Source: a virus | IMG/VR virus record: IMGVR_UViG_3300011013_000003 | Span: 1-41,263 of that record | Length of the DNA stretch: 41,263 nt | Direction: 5' to 3' (one strand) | In this document: one piece after another, positions 17,106 to 26,146 of the stretch | How positions within the stretch are numbered: position 1 is the first letter of the stretch | Layout of the letters: each line of letters starts with the position of its first letter | Program-made: the position numbers and the translations under genes | Notes under the pieces: model-generated | Databases searched by the model: none | The model's input: the letters and a program-made list of their open reading frames with translations, nothing else | What the model was told of the DNA's origin: nothing

Positions 17106-17139
17106 GGTGGCTGGGACTATAATGTAATCCCAGACCACC
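17106..17139 (-). promoter_or_regulatory. Strong hairpin downstream of the capsid genes (attenuator or RNA-processing site candidate)
   Basis: Arms ggtggctggga (17106-17116) and tcccagAccacc (17128-17139): an 11-bp stem with one bulge and an 11-nt loop. No U-run follows on the minus strand. Confidence 0.4.
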
Positions 17140-17155
17140 CGCTTCGAATTCTTCT

Positions 17156-17662
17156 TTATTCAGGAAGAACGTATTCCACCCACAAGCTGACTGTACCAGT
17201 AGAAGCTGCGCTTGCTGAAGTAACATAAATATCAAATTCTTTAGATTTGTTATCTACGGTATTAGCAAGTCCTAACTGTTCCCAAAGTGCTTTGCCTGCA
17301 TTTTCTGCAGTAACTACACCTGACTCATACGTAATATCTGTACGAGCTACAGCGGCTGTCGCAACATCTAGGGCACTAGCGAAGAAGTCTGCATCTTCTA
17401 CAGCGCTATCTTCCACATCATACAAGCCGACATTGAAGGTAACAGCCGTTCCCTGGTCATCACAAGCGTACTCTACTCGAGTAACACGCGCTCGTGCTGG
17501 TACCCGAATAAATCGGTACGTACTTCCCAAGTCACCACCTGCTGTTTCCAGAGTAGCGAAGGCAGCTCGGACAGAGCCACCTAGTTCTAATTGACTTGAC
17601 TTAACGATAGGAGTTGCATCCGCATTAGTCACAGCCGTTGATTTAAGGTCTTCAGTAGCCAT
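17156..17662 (-). CDS. Capsid-associated protein (decoration or minor capsid candidate, 168 aa)
   Basis: Lies immediately downstream of the major capsid gene and before the hairpin. The function is inferred from position only. Confidence 0.45.
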   Translation of the reverse strand: MATEDLKSTAVTNADATPIVKSSQLELGGSVRAAFATLETAGGDLGSTYRFIRVPARARVTRVEYACDDQGTAVTFNVGLYDVEDSAVEDADFFASALDVATAAVARTDITYESGVVTAENAGKALWEQLGLANTVDNKSKEFDIYVTSASAASTGTVSLWVEYVLPE

Positions 17663-17681
17663 TTTCTAATCTACCTCCTAA

Positions 17682-18569
17682 TTATATTTGGTCGTCACAA
17701 AGAACTTGAATTACTTTACCCTGTTGCAAGCGTGTTGCACCTATGGTTTCACATAGATATACCTGCCAAGAATTACTCTTGTCAGCACGTTTGTCTACAG
17801 AAGCATTCAAATCTTCCCATACACCTAAATGTACACCTGTTGGAGTCCATATAGGGATTAAACGGTTACCACTTGAAATGTTCAAGCGCTCGCTTATGAT
17901 GAAATCAACACCCAGGAAGCGTTTAACTTTACCATCTTCCAGTACAGGTTGCCCACCATTGAAATCCTTACTTGTAACCTGGATTTCTTTCAGCAATGCA
18001 TCATGCTCGTAAGATGAAATACCACCGAAGATTTGTTCGGTAACTTCACCTTTATATGCAAGCATTAACTTCTGCAGTGCAGATTGCAATTTTGCTACGT
18101 TGATACTTGAAGCTGTACCCCCAACATTGACTCCTACCTGATAATTCGTAGTGTCAAAAGCTTCTGCCGTTGTACCATTTTCACCGGTATTTGCAGAAGC
18201 AAAGAATGCAGCTATAATTTCATCATCGACTGCGCGTTCCATAGCATTCTTACCATTGATAGCGTAAGGGCTGGTAGGGTCCACAATCATGCGGAGTTTA
18301 TCCACATTATCAATCAAGGAAGCCCATTCGTAATCGACAGGGTAGACCCATCGTTTATCTTGTGGAACGTCCAATAAAGGTGTGTCAGCATGTCGGCTCG
18401 TGCGCTTGACAGCTGAAGTGGCACCGAATTGTTCTACTGCACTACCCGCTTTACCGGTATAAGTATCAGTCGTAACAGCGCCACGAAATCGAGAGCCTGC
18501 CTGTTGTAGCAAAAGGTCGACTGTCGCTTTATATTCTTGCACAAAGGCAGTTGTAATTGAATCAGGCAT
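17682..18569 (-). CDS. Major capsid protein (295 aa)
   Basis: Position after the scaffold gene (T7 gp10 slot). Strong RBS (AGGAGGG). Size fits an HK97-fold capsid protein. Confidence 0.7.
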   Translation of the reverse strand: MPDSITTAFVQEYKATVDLLLQQAGSRFRGAVTTDTYTGKAGSAVEQFGATSAVKRTSRHADTPLLDVPQDKRWVYPVDYEWASLIDNVDKLRMIVDPTSPYAINGKNAMERAVDDEIIAAFFASANTGENGTTAEAFDTTNYQVGVNVGGTASSINVAKLQSALQKLMLAYKGEVTEQIFGGISSYEHDALLKEIQVTSKDFNGGQPVLEDGKVKRFLGVDFIISERLNISSGNRLIPIWTPTGVHLGVWEDLNASVDKRADKSNSWQVYLCETIGATRLQQGKVIQVLCDDQI

Positions 18570-18656
18570 TATGCCCTCCTAACTTTTTCTAAATTTTAAA
18601 AGTAATAAACTATTTTTCTTTCAGCTTATCCTCTTAGGAGGGGCCTAAAATTTAAG

Positions 18657-18878
18657 TTACTTTTTGCTAGTCGCCTTACCAGGTTGTGACTTAGTAACCT
18701 TTTCTCCATTTACAAAATTATTATACCATGTTTCTGCAATAGCATGTGCTTGAGCAGCCGCAGATTTATCATCTGTTTTTATTCTAACAGCTGGAAGCTG
18801 TGCTGCAGCTTCAATTAACCTTAGACGAATTTCCCTTACGTCCAATACCTGTTGGCTTAAAATTAATTCTTCAGGCAT
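18657..18878 (-). CDS. Hypothetical 73-aa protein between the scaffold and capsid genes
   Basis: ORF track; operon context. Confidence 0.5.
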   Translation of the reverse strand: MPEELILSQQVLDVREIRLRLIEAAAQLPAVRIKTDDKSAAAQAHAIAETWYNNFVNGEKVTKSQPGKATSKK

Positions 18879-18881
18879 ATT

Positions 18882-19793
18882 TTATTCCGGGTACGCTAGT
18901 TTGAATAATGCTGCTTTTTTATTAAGTGCCTCTTTATGTGCCGGGTTATTTTTATCTACTAACGCAGCTTTAACATTTGGGTCAGTCAACATGTTTGCAT
19001 AAGCAGTCTTAGCCTCAACTGGCGTCATTTGCCCATGAAAGCCTTGCTTTTCTATTTGCTCACCTACAAAATTATCTTCACCTAGTTTTGTTCCTAAGCC
19101 ATTAAATAATTCCATAGTCTTTTGATAACCCACAGATTTTTCTACCGCATCGATAACATCTTTATCAAAACCTAAAGTCTGTGCTGCATTAGAAGCTAAA
19201 GATAGTTGACGCTCATAACCACTGCCCCACTTAGCTTTAAGATTATTTTCTTCTATTGCAAAATTAGTTTCATAATCAGCTGCTTGTTGCTCTAATACTT
19301 GAGCTACATACTCGTTATTTTTTGTTACTAATTTATCAGCTAAGGATTGAGGTAAGCCAACTTCATGAAAAGTTTCTTTGGCCCAGTTAATATACCCCTC
19401 ATCAACTCTCGTACCATCAGGAATATTAAATTGGTATCCCTCTGCTTTTTCTGGTAAACCAAGTTTTGTTAGTACACCACGTACTGTATCATCATCAGCA
19501 TTGGCTGGTAGTCGTACTATCTCATCAGAAGGTGCACCTACCATCTTTTCTAAATTAAAAGCGGATTTAACTACTGCTTCAGGATTAGTCCAGCCTTTAC
19601 CTTCGGCCCAGGTTTTTAATTCAGCATCTTGAATTGAATCTACTAAACTGGCCGGTTCTGCGGGTGGTGCCCCTGCCCCTGCTGGTGGTGCCCCTGCTGG
19701 TGGTACCCCTGCCCCTGCTGGTGGTGCACCAGGTTCACCTTCTTGATAAAAATTATTGATATGGCCGTTTAAAAATTTACTTACTAGATTCAT
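18882..19793 (-). CDS. Scaffolding protein (303 aa)
   Basis: Position between portal and capsid. Helical, acidic composition with a Pro/Ala-rich N-terminal repeat. Confidence 0.6.
   Translation of the reverse strand: MNLVSKFLNGHINNFYQEGEPGAPPAGAGVPPAGAPPAGAGAPPAEPASLVDSIQDAELKTWAEGKGWTNPEAVVKSAFNLEKMVGAPSDEIVRLPANADDDTVRGVLTKLGLPEKAEGYQFNIPDGTRVDEGYINWAKETFHEVGLPQSLADKLVTKNNEYVAQVLEQQAADYETNFAIEENNLKAKWGSGYERQLSLASNAAQTLGFDKDVIDAVEKSVGYQKTMELFNGLGTKLGEDNFVGEQIEKQGFHGQMTPVEAKTAYANMLTDPNVKAALVDKNNPAHKEALNKKAALFKLAYPE
19660..19730. repeat. Short tandem GC-rich repeat encoding a PA/G-rich low-complexity tract
   Basis: Units of gc(g/t)ggtggt(g/a)cccct with or without gcccct are reiterated about 4 times. 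They encode PGAPPAGAGVPPAGAPPAGAGAPPA in the scaffold N-terminus. Confidence 0.8.
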
Positions 19794-19827
19794 TTGTTCT
19801 CGCTCCTTAGAGTTGTGAGATTATAAT

Positions 19828-20127
19828 TTATTGCTGATTATCTTCTGATTGTACCACAATCGTTTTACTATCGGTTGCTCCTGTTACTAATTCGTATATC
19901 TCATCTTGACTTAATTTTAAATGATTTTGTATTCTTAGCCACACTTCTCTACGTCCATTAAGTGCATCAGATATTCCTTTGTCAGTATGAAAAGTCGTTT
20001 CTGATGCCCTACAAAAAGTAGCTAAATCGCGTAGTACTTCTTCTGCTAAAGGCCCATTAAACGTAACCTTATAAGCATGTTGCCTACGGAAAATAAAATT
20101 CTTTAGTGAGTCAACTAATGTGCTCAT
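19828..20127 (-). CDS. Hypothetical 99-aa protein after the portal gene
   Basis: ORF track. 4-nt overlap with the portal stop. Confidence 0.6.
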   Translation of the reverse strand: MSTLVDSLKNFIFRRQHAYKVTFNGPLAEEVLRDLATFCRASETTFHTDKGISDALNGRREVWLRIQNHLKLSQDEIYELVTGATDSKTIVVQSEDNQQ

Positions 20128-21758
20128 TGTGCGCCTACATCAGCTGCTGTTTTAACTACTGATGCCGCAGCAGGTGCTGCTTCTATCATCTGTTTCTGCT
20201 CTGCCGCTTCCTGCCGTTTTTCTCGAATTTTTTTAACAGAATCTGCAGTGTTGGTCCATTCAGTTGGAGCGCCATTAATGTCTTGGATGGCTGGCATAGC
20301 CTCATCAAAATTAAACCAATCAAGTGGTTCTGGATTCTGAGTCACATTAAAAAATTCTACAGCCATATCCAATGAACGCATAAAGCCTGAAGCATTTTCT
20401 GCTCGTGCCATACGTGCCATAGGAGAATCATATTCAACAACAAAGCCGCCACCTGCTTCTATTAATTCACCCGGTATCTCAGGTAATAAATTCTGTTGTC
20501 CTAATAAATCTATTTCTCTTTCGATTAGTGGTCCTAAGAACTCAGCTTGAAGTCTACCGGCTGTAGGTGCAACCAACATACCTTTTTCCCTGGTTCTTTC
20601 AAGAACTTCAGTAGCGGTCATCTGAGGATTGTCAGTCAATATCTGGAATAAAGTTATCAAGAAAGCATCATTAATTACCGCTCTTTCATCATCCATTAAT
20701 TCTTTGCCAACAGCTATATTACCCGTAGGCAGGGCGTGTACCAAAGGTCTACCTTGTGCATTCACTCCACCTGAATTTACCGCTCCATTACGTAGAGAAA
20801 AAGAACCCACGAGGCCATCGTCATGAGCTAAAAGAACCGGGTCAACAACTCTATGGCCTTGCTTAATCACCGTTTTCTTTTCTTCGTTTAGAACTTTTAT
20901 TGCAGGTAAAACTAATTGTGCAGGACCCCTTCCATATATCTCATTAGCATATTGTGCATATCGTGCAAGACTTGTTGGGAAAGAATTATAGCCCCCTTCT
21001 TGTAATACACTTTTTGTTTTTACCAGGAAGTATAGCGAAGCAAATGGCATACCTTTACCATCAACTCTTCGGTTATCATAATCTTCTCTTGGGTAAATAC
21101 AATGAACTACTTCATAATCCGTTTCAGCTTTCTGTGCGTTTTTAACTTCATCCGCTATTTCTTTTGGGACCGCATCACCAAATTGAGAAACTAATTGTTT
21201 CGGTTTTAATTTAAAACATCGATACATCGTGTCAACAATACCCTGGTGATTTTCAGCAAAGTATGTTTCACCTAAATGTAAATTTTTATAACGTAGTCCT
21301 TTTTCGCCGTTACCTAATTCATCTGTAAAAAGAGAACCATTACCATAGGCTCCATAACTTGCAAATACTTTTTGTATTTGTCCGACGAAGTTTGCTTTAG
21401 GACGATAGCGATGTTTGAATAATAATCTACCCACCTGGTCCATGAACAATTTAACATCTCTACTTTTTCGTAGGTCATCATTCTCAGGGACGAGTCTATG
21501 CCAAGCTTGCCCCTGTGGCGTCGCTAATGATTCTATTACAGAACCAAATCGATGTAAGGCTAACGCAGCGGTGGAATCAAACATCCCCTCTACATTTTTC
21601 CTACCTTGGTTATACGTCGAATTAAATCCGTTACTTTGGAAAGTAGAAACATGAGCAGGTATCAATCGAGCAGCAGCTTCTTCCCACTGATTATCGAAGT
21701 TACCTCTAGCAGTTCTAAGGCTTTGAAGCCTTTGTACATGGAATTGAATATCGGGCAT
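20124..21758 (-). CDS. Portal (head-to-tail connector) protein (544 aa)
   Basis: Size and position after terL. The N-terminus LQSLRTARGNFDNQWEEAAARLIP resembles podovirus-type connector proteins. Confidence 0.75.
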   Translation of the reverse strand: MPDIQFHVQRLQSLRTARGNFDNQWEEAAARLIPAHVSTFQSNGFNSTYNQGRKNVEGMFDSTAALALHRFGSVIESLATPQGQAWHRLVPENDDLRKSRDVKLFMDQVGRLLFKHRYRPKANFVGQIQKVFASYGAYGNGSLFTDELGNGEKGLRYKNLHLGETYFAENHQGIVDTMYRCFKLKPKQLVSQFGDAVPKEIADEVKNAQKAETDYEVVHCIYPREDYDNRRVDGKGMPFASLYFLVKTKSVLQEGGYNSFPTSLARYAQYANEIYGRGPAQLVLPAIKVLNEEKKTVIKQGHRVVDPVLLAHDDGLVGSFSLRNGAVNSGGVNAQGRPLVHALPTGNIAVGKELMDDERAVINDAFLITLFQILTDNPQMTATEVLERTREKGMLVAPTAGRLQAEFLGPLIEREIDLLGQQNLLPEIPGELIEAGGGFVVEYDSPMARMARAENASGFMRSLDMAVEFFNVTQNPEPLDWFNFDEAMPAIQDINGAPTEWTNTADSVKKIREKRQEAAEQKQMIEAAPAAASVVKTAADVGAQ

Positions 21759-21974
21759 TTACATTAACGCGGCGCTTGCGCGGCCTCCAAGCAAAGATAC
21801 AGTGGCTTCTGCAGTACCAGAGCTTGAGACTCCTAGCCGGTTAGCTGCTCGCCTGGCAGCCCACCTCTGAGACTTTAGGGATTTATTAAAGCGTGTTTCT
21901 TCTTCCTGTTCAATCTGGAAAGAAGTCTTTCGCTGTGGCTGAGGTGCTGGCTGAGGTGGGGGTGATGATGACAT
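21759..21974 (-). CDS. Small Pro/Gln-rich basic protein (71 aa)
   Basis: ORF track. Abuts the portal start. C-terminal SLLGGRASAALM. Confidence 0.5.
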   Translation of the reverse strand: MSSSPPPQPAPQPQRKTSFQIEQEEETRFNKSLKSQRWAARRAANRLGVSSSGTAEATVSLLGGRASAALM

Positions 21975-22169
21975 TTAATTTACATTCCTTATTGCTTGAT
22001 ACCCTCTTCGAAGAGGAAGTACGCCTGTCTCTTCATTTCTGCAAAGACAAGTTTCTAGATTATGAACAGCTTTATCAACCTTATTTTTCAGGATTGATTT
22101 ATGGTTTCCTTTGTGATTCTTTTTTCTATCCAGGGAAGACCTAACTTCTCCTATACCATTATCAGCCAT
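21975..22169 (-). CDS. Small basic protein (64 aa)
   Basis: ORF track. AGGA RBS about 8 nt upstream. Contiguous with its neighbours. Confidence 0.45.
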   Translation of the reverse strand: MADNGIGEVRSSLDRKKNHKGNHKSILKNKVDKAVHNLETCLCRNEETGVLPLRRGYQAIRNVN

Positions 22170-22173
22170 TATT

Positions 22174-22386
22174 TTATCCTAATAGTCGTTTAGCGGCTTG
22201 TCGTTCTTGCCTATCAGTTAGTGCAAGTAATCCTCCTGCATGAATAGAGCTCGCGCCTGCTATTCGGCGCTGTTCTGCTGCTGCTTTATCTTGTCTACTC
22301 TTTCTCAACTCATCATCTGGCGCAGCTGGTGCCACTTGCACTTGTTGATGAAGTGGAGATGAACCTCCTCCAATTAATTTAGCCAT
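22174..22386 (-). CDS. Small Ala/Gln-rich basic protein (70 aa)
   Basis: ORF track. C-terminal GGLLALTDRQERQAAKRLLG. Confidence 0.5.
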   Translation of the reverse strand: MAKLIGGGSSPLHQQVQVAPAAPDDELRKSRQDKAAAEQRRIAGASSIHAGGLLALTDRQERQAAKRLLG

Positions 22387-22435
22387 TTATTCTTTCCTAA
22401 TTTCCGCTGGTCATATATCTTTGATTATAGCATTT

Positions 22436-24028
22436 TTATATTTCGCATTCTCCTACACCCGCTGCTATCTTTGGCTGACTTGCAACACTCCTTCCTGCAA
22501 CTCGTTTCATTCGCCTTGGTACCTTCGGATAAAAAGTTAAAGCAAGGGCGTCACCATCATCCGGGCTAGGTATCCCATCCTTGGCCATATCTTTCTTACT
22601 GGTTAATATCTTTTTACCATCTTCTCTGCCAAAATATTTCCACGTTCTCGCAGTTAAGTCATTGAATAACCTAAGAGCAGGGTCATCATCCTTCCCAGAA
22701 TTTAATTTATATTGGCTTTTATCTTCAGCATCAATGCATCCACCCGGTAACCAATCTCTGAGTGCACCCCATAGCTCAGTGCCCAGTGTAGCAAATTCCC
22801 CTTCCTTGTTTTCAGCTGCTGTACCCATCCAGACTTCAAACACTTTTACTTTTCTTTTTTTGAGATTATCTATAACGCCAGTACCCATACCCGCATCAAC
22901 TGCTATCCCATCCGGGTCATATTTATTTATCAGTCGAACAATGGTATCAGCTATCTCGTTATTATCTTTACCATTTAAAATTGTAGGTGGGATACTTCTG
23001 GCGTCGCGCCCCTGTCTAAATCGTATAGCAGTTCTACCTCTAGGTGCAGGGTCGACTCCCATAATCAAAGGTTCGGTATCATCGAATACATCTATCACTC
23101 TGTTTTGCGCAGCTCGCACAACCAGGTTGGAAATGAACTGGTCCTCTGAGGATTCCGGGAATTGGCCATAAACTTCTACTCTGGCTTCATCACTATCAGC
23201 ACCTTTTGTATCGATAATCTTTTGATAAATCCGCTGGTCTGTCCCCCCTACTGTTCTTGCATCTATTTGCTTTGTCAACCAATATTTCTTATACGCCGCT
23301 TTATGGAAGCGGTCATAATATGCACCCGCATTACGCCTGGGGTTACTGAATGCTAACCAATACCGGTACGCATTTAACTCCGTAAAGAACCCTTCGGTCA
23401 CATCCCAGATAGCAGCCGGGATACCACTTGACTCATCGTACAGTACCATTAAGCCATATGCATTGTGCGTGCCGGCGAATGCATCTGGATTTTCTTCAGA
23501 CCAGTTAATCCCGGAAATAGTCCAGTACATCGGGTTTATCTTCAGCTGGTCATTTACAATTTTTGAAATCCAATCCCGGGGATATATCTTCATCGAGTCA
23601 ATTTCGAACCAATGCGAATTAATAGCCATACCAACCCACCGGCCAAATTCTGGAAATGTTTTATTTCTCAGCTGGCTTTCTGTATTGGCTGTAACAACTA
23701 CGCTGGCTCCAATATGGCAGGATACATGCCAGTGGGCTATCCATCCGAATAATGCCGATTTCCCAATACCACGCCCGGATGCAATGGCTTCCTGGAAAAC
23801 TTCTAATAAATCTTCCCAATCATTTTCAAAATTAAATTCCTGCTTTTGCGTGTGGTCCCTAATTTCTTCAAGCACTTCGCGCTGCCAGGTGCGCGGACCT
23901 TTAATTTTAGCGAGCGGTGTACCTTCGACTCCCCAAGGGTATGCATACAGCACAAAGGCCAGTGGGTCATTCGCAAAGCTGATTACATCTGCCAGCAATT
24001 CTACTTCTTGTTCGACTTTATATTTCAT
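22436..24028 (-). CDS. terL: Terminase large subunit (530 aa)
   Basis: Walker A-like ASGRGIGKSALFGW, Walker B LMVLYDESSG, and a C-terminal nuclease-type acidic motif LIMGVDPAPRG. Confidence 0.85.
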   Translation of the reverse strand: MKYKVEQEVELLADVISFANDPLAFVLYAYPWGVEGTPLAKIKGPRTWQREVLEEIRDHTQKQEFNFENDWEDLLEVFQEAIASGRGIGKSALFGWIAHWHVSCHIGASVVVTANTESQLRNKTFPEFGRWVGMAINSHWFEIDSMKIYPRDWISKIVNDQLKINPMYWTISGINWSEENPDAFAGTHNAYGLMVLYDESSGIPAAIWDVTEGFFTELNAYRYWLAFSNPRRNAGAYYDRFHKAAYKKYWLTKQIDARTVGGTDQRIYQKIIDTKGADSDEARVEVYGQFPESSEDQFISNLVVRAAQNRVIDVFDDTEPLIMGVDPAPRGRTAIRFRQGRDARSIPPTILNGKDNNEIADTIVRLINKYDPDGIAVDAGMGTGVIDNLKKRKVKVFEVWMGTAAENKEGEFATLGTELWGALRDWLPGGCIDAEDKSQYKLNSGKDDDPALRLFNDLTARTWKYFGREDGKKILTSKKDMAKDGIPSPDDGDALALTFYPKVPRRMKRVAGRSVASQPKIAAGVGECEI

Positions 24029-24174
24029 CGAAGTTCTTTTTCCGCTTCATCAATTTCATCATTTATTTCTTTAGCTACTCCTGCTATCGGAGCTGTCACT
24101 ATGCCTGCTGCAAGCCCAACTGTTTTTACAGGAACCTTTACTATTTCGACTACATCTTTTATTAAACCAAACAT
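24025..24174 (-). CDS. Hypothetical 49-aa protein (MFGLIKDVVEIVKVPVKTVGLAAGIVTAPIAGVAKEINDEIDEAEKELR)
   Basis: My own translation; below the track cutoff. GAGGA RBS. Its stop overlaps the terL ATG (ATGA). Confidence 0.5.
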   Translation of the reverse strand: MFGLIKDVVEIVKVPVKTVGLAAGIVTAPIAGVAKEINDEIDEAEKELR

Positions 24175-24267
24175 TATATTAATCCTCTAAGTACTATGGT
24201 ATTAAAAAACTGGAAAAACATTCTGCAAAATAAAATCTGCATGGAGTTCCAGACTACAATCATCGTA

Positions 24268-24319
24268 TATACGGGGGGGCGCCATGTTTGGGGGTACCCG
24301 CCCCCACACCCCCCGTATA
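24268..24319. repeat. GC-rich nested palindrome between terS and the 49-aa/terL genes
   Basis: Outer arms tatacgggggg (24268-24278) and ccccccgtata (24309-24319). Inner ggggg (24290-24294) and ccccc (24301-24305) surround a GGTACC core. A strong local GC island in an AT-rich genome. Confidence 0.85.
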
Positions 24320-24366
24320 GGTATTTGTTTTCGCTCGCGCTCATACATTTTATTATGTCGACGGTA

Positions 24367-24900
24367 TTATTCTAGCAGGCTTGCAAGCGCTAATTTATTG
24401 ATAGTTGGTGTGTTCACTGATTCCTTATCAGTGAACACACCATCGCTATCTTGTTTTAAATCAATAGGTTGTGCTCTATCCCTCACTCTTTGTCTAGCCA
24501 TATCTAGCGCTTGCCTCATATCTAGCGTTCTGATAGTAACATCAATACGCTTGCCATATAGCCCAGGCCATCGTAACTCTAAGTAAGTTCTGAGGGCTTC
24601 AATCTTGACACGTGCGCGTGCCGCGTCCATTTCTTTATAAGGAACCTGCTTAATATCTTCTAACACCATGATAGATGCTGATTCCATAGCTTGCTCTATC
24701 TCTGACTTAAACTTGGCATCATCTAAACAGATGTTGCGTAATGTATTAGGGCTTATTTTTAACTCTTTGGCTATTTCCTTGTATATTTTACCGGATGAGG
24801 CTAACTCTAACGCCCTATCGTGTATTTCCTGAGCGCGTGGAATTAAGTACTTTTCAGAAACACGTTCTTTTTTCTTGACAAACTTGGAAATCTCAGCCAT
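24367..24900 (-). CDS. terS: Terminase small subunit candidate (177 aa, HTH)
   Basis: HTH-like IYKEIAKELKISPNTLRNI near the N-terminus, a helical oligomerisation-like remainder, and first position in the packaging operon. Confidence 0.6.
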   Translation of the reverse strand: MAEISKFVKKKERVSEKYLIPRAQEIHDRALELASSGKIYKEIAKELKISPNTLRNICLDDAKFKSEIEQAMESASIMVLEDIKQVPYKEMDAARARVKIEALRTYLELRWPGLYGKRIDVTIRTLDMRQALDMARQRVRDRAQPIDLKQDSDGVFTDKESVNTPTINKLALASLLE

Positions 24901-24947
24901 ATTTAACTTTGTATGATTTTATTAACTAAATAACGAGGTTTATTATC

Positions 24948-25130
24948 ATGAAATACGCAACTAAAAATAGTATTAACAAAAGCTTTCATATAGAAATACA
25001 TAGTTCTATATCTGAAGCTAAAAAGGCAGCTAATGGCGGCCAAATTGTTCCTGTATCTGAGTCTTTAGAGCCTAATGTACAAGGCATTATAGACCTTTTC
25101 GACAATTCAGAAGAAAGTGACATAAAGTAG
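24948..25130 (+). CDS. Hypothetical 60-aa acidic protein
   Basis: ORF track. GAGG about 10 nt upstream. First gene of the plus arm. Confidence 0.5.
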   Translation: MKYATKNSINKSFHIEIHSSISEAKKAANGGQIVPVSESLEPNVQGIIDLFDNSEESDIK

Positions 25131-25150
25131 CCCGTCTGGAAAAGGCGGGC
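25130..25150 (+). terminator. Weak hairpin after the 60-aa ORF
   Basis: gcccgtc/ggcgggc 7-bp stem with a U-G pair on the plus RNA and loop tggaaaa. No U-run follows. Confidence 0.25.
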
Positions 25151-25222
25151 GGTAGAGTGTAGTAATGCATTCATATTAATTTATCTAAATTCACTTATTA
25201 ATTATCCTATGAGGTTAATACA

Positions 25223-25357
25223 ATGATACCACAAACAAAGGCTTTCCAAATCGCTTGCGGTTGCAATGCGTCTATTATTCTTTTTTTCATCGTGTTTGGT
25301 AACCAGTCACTTATCGACTTGAACGACTTATACACTTTTCTATACTGGAGTAAATAA
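25223..25357 (+). CDS. Hypothetical 44-aa protein with one hydrophobic segment
   Basis: My own translation: MIPQTKAFQIACGCNASIILFFIVFGNQSLIDLNDLYTFLYWSK. GAGG lies 8 nt upstream. The ORF ends 1 nt before the next ATG. Confidence 0.4.
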   Translation: MIPQTKAFQIACGCNASIILFFIVFGNQSLIDLNDLYTFLYWSK

Positions 25358-25358
25358 C

Positions 25359-25637
25359 ATGCAACAGAAAGCATACACAATAAGCGAAGCAATAGCAGAG
25401 CTTGAAAAAATACAGGACAAAAACCAATTGATTTTATTATCAGAGTGGGCGGCCGAAGATATAGATGCCCAGCTTAATGACTTAAAAGAGGTTGGACGCG
25501 TGCCTAAATCTATTAATTTCACTGAAGAGGATTATACCCTCATATTTAGTCTACTAGATAAGTACCACGATGCTAGCATTGGCTTAAATTGGCATTTTAT
25601 AGACTCTATCATTGAACTTTATCTTGAATCTAAATAA
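25359..25637 (+). CDS. Hypothetical 92-aa protein
   Basis: ORF track; GGAG RBS. Confidence 0.6.
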   Translation: MQQKAYTISEAIAELEKIQDKNQLILLSEWAAEDIDAQLNDLKEVGRVPKSINFTEEDYTLIFSLLDKYHDASIGLNWHFIDSIIELYLESK

Positions 25638-25666
25638 TATATTTTCTAACAATAGGATTAAATAAC

Positions 25667-26101
25667 ATGCACAATACAATCACATATCCAGATAAATCAT
25701 GTCAGCCGAGATGCTACATAATAGCACTAAATCTAGACTCAACTTTTAAAGAAACTAAAATACTTAAATCATTAGGCTTAAGTTTTAAACCTGTAACCGG
25801 ATTAGGCTTAGTCAAAGCAGGCTTTTTAATTCAACTTGCTTTCGGCGAAATAGGCTGTATTGACTCCAGAAACATGGAACAATTTGGCATTAATCGAAAT
25901 ACTTTGAGATATGCGAAGACAACAAGCAAAGCAATACGATTAAGAAAAGCTGATAATTATATTAAATTATGCGCTTCAATTGGCTCCTGCTCTTTTCTCT
26001 GGGACAATTGGTGTAATGAATTAGCATTGAACAATCCTGAGCGATACAAAAGCGGGCATTTTGTCAGCGCGGAACATGAAAGGCTCATAAAAACGGCTTA
26101 G
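25667..26101 (+). CDS. Hypothetical 144-aa protein, possible HTH
   Basis: ORF track. The segment MEQFGINRNTLRYAKT is HTH-like, which is weak evidence. Followed by a hairpin. Confidence 0.55.
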   Translation: MHNTITYPDKSCQPRCYIIALNLDSTFKETKILKSLGLSFKPVTGLGLVKAGFLIQLAFGEIGCIDSRNMEQFGINRNTLRYAKTTSKAIRLRKADNYIKLCASIGSCSFLWDNWCNELALNNPERYKSGHFVSAEHERLIKTA

Positions 26102-26116
26102 ATAATATTAGCCATT

Positions 26117-26146
26117 AAAACAAAAATGGGGCATTGTTTTTGTTTT
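26117..26146 (+). terminator. A/T-rich hairpin, candidate terminator
   Basis: aaaacaaaaa (26117-26126) pairs with tttttgtttt (26137-26146). The loop is tggggcattg. The T-rich 3' arm could double as the U-tract. Confidence 0.4.

Noticed and set aside
24268-24319. The GC palindrome as a classical rho-independent terminator of the late operon, or as a G-quadruplex.
   Set aside because: On the transcribed minus strand no U-tract follows, and terL lies downstream and must be expressed. There are only three clear G-tracts per strand, and they are engaged in the much more stable duplex stem.
22581-24586. Plus-strand ORFs of 196, 64, 203, 114 and 100 aa opposite terL, the 49-aa gene and terS.
   Set aside because: They are antisense shadows of the terminase genes, whose Walker motifs confirm the minus frame. 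The 24284-24586 ORF also runs through the GC palindrome and terS.
25207-25522. Minus-strand ORFs of 61 and 60 aa in and near the 25131-25358 gap.
   Set aside because: They have no RBS, they oppose the local transcription direction, and they overlap a better-supported plus-strand 44-aa ORF and the 92-aa gene.
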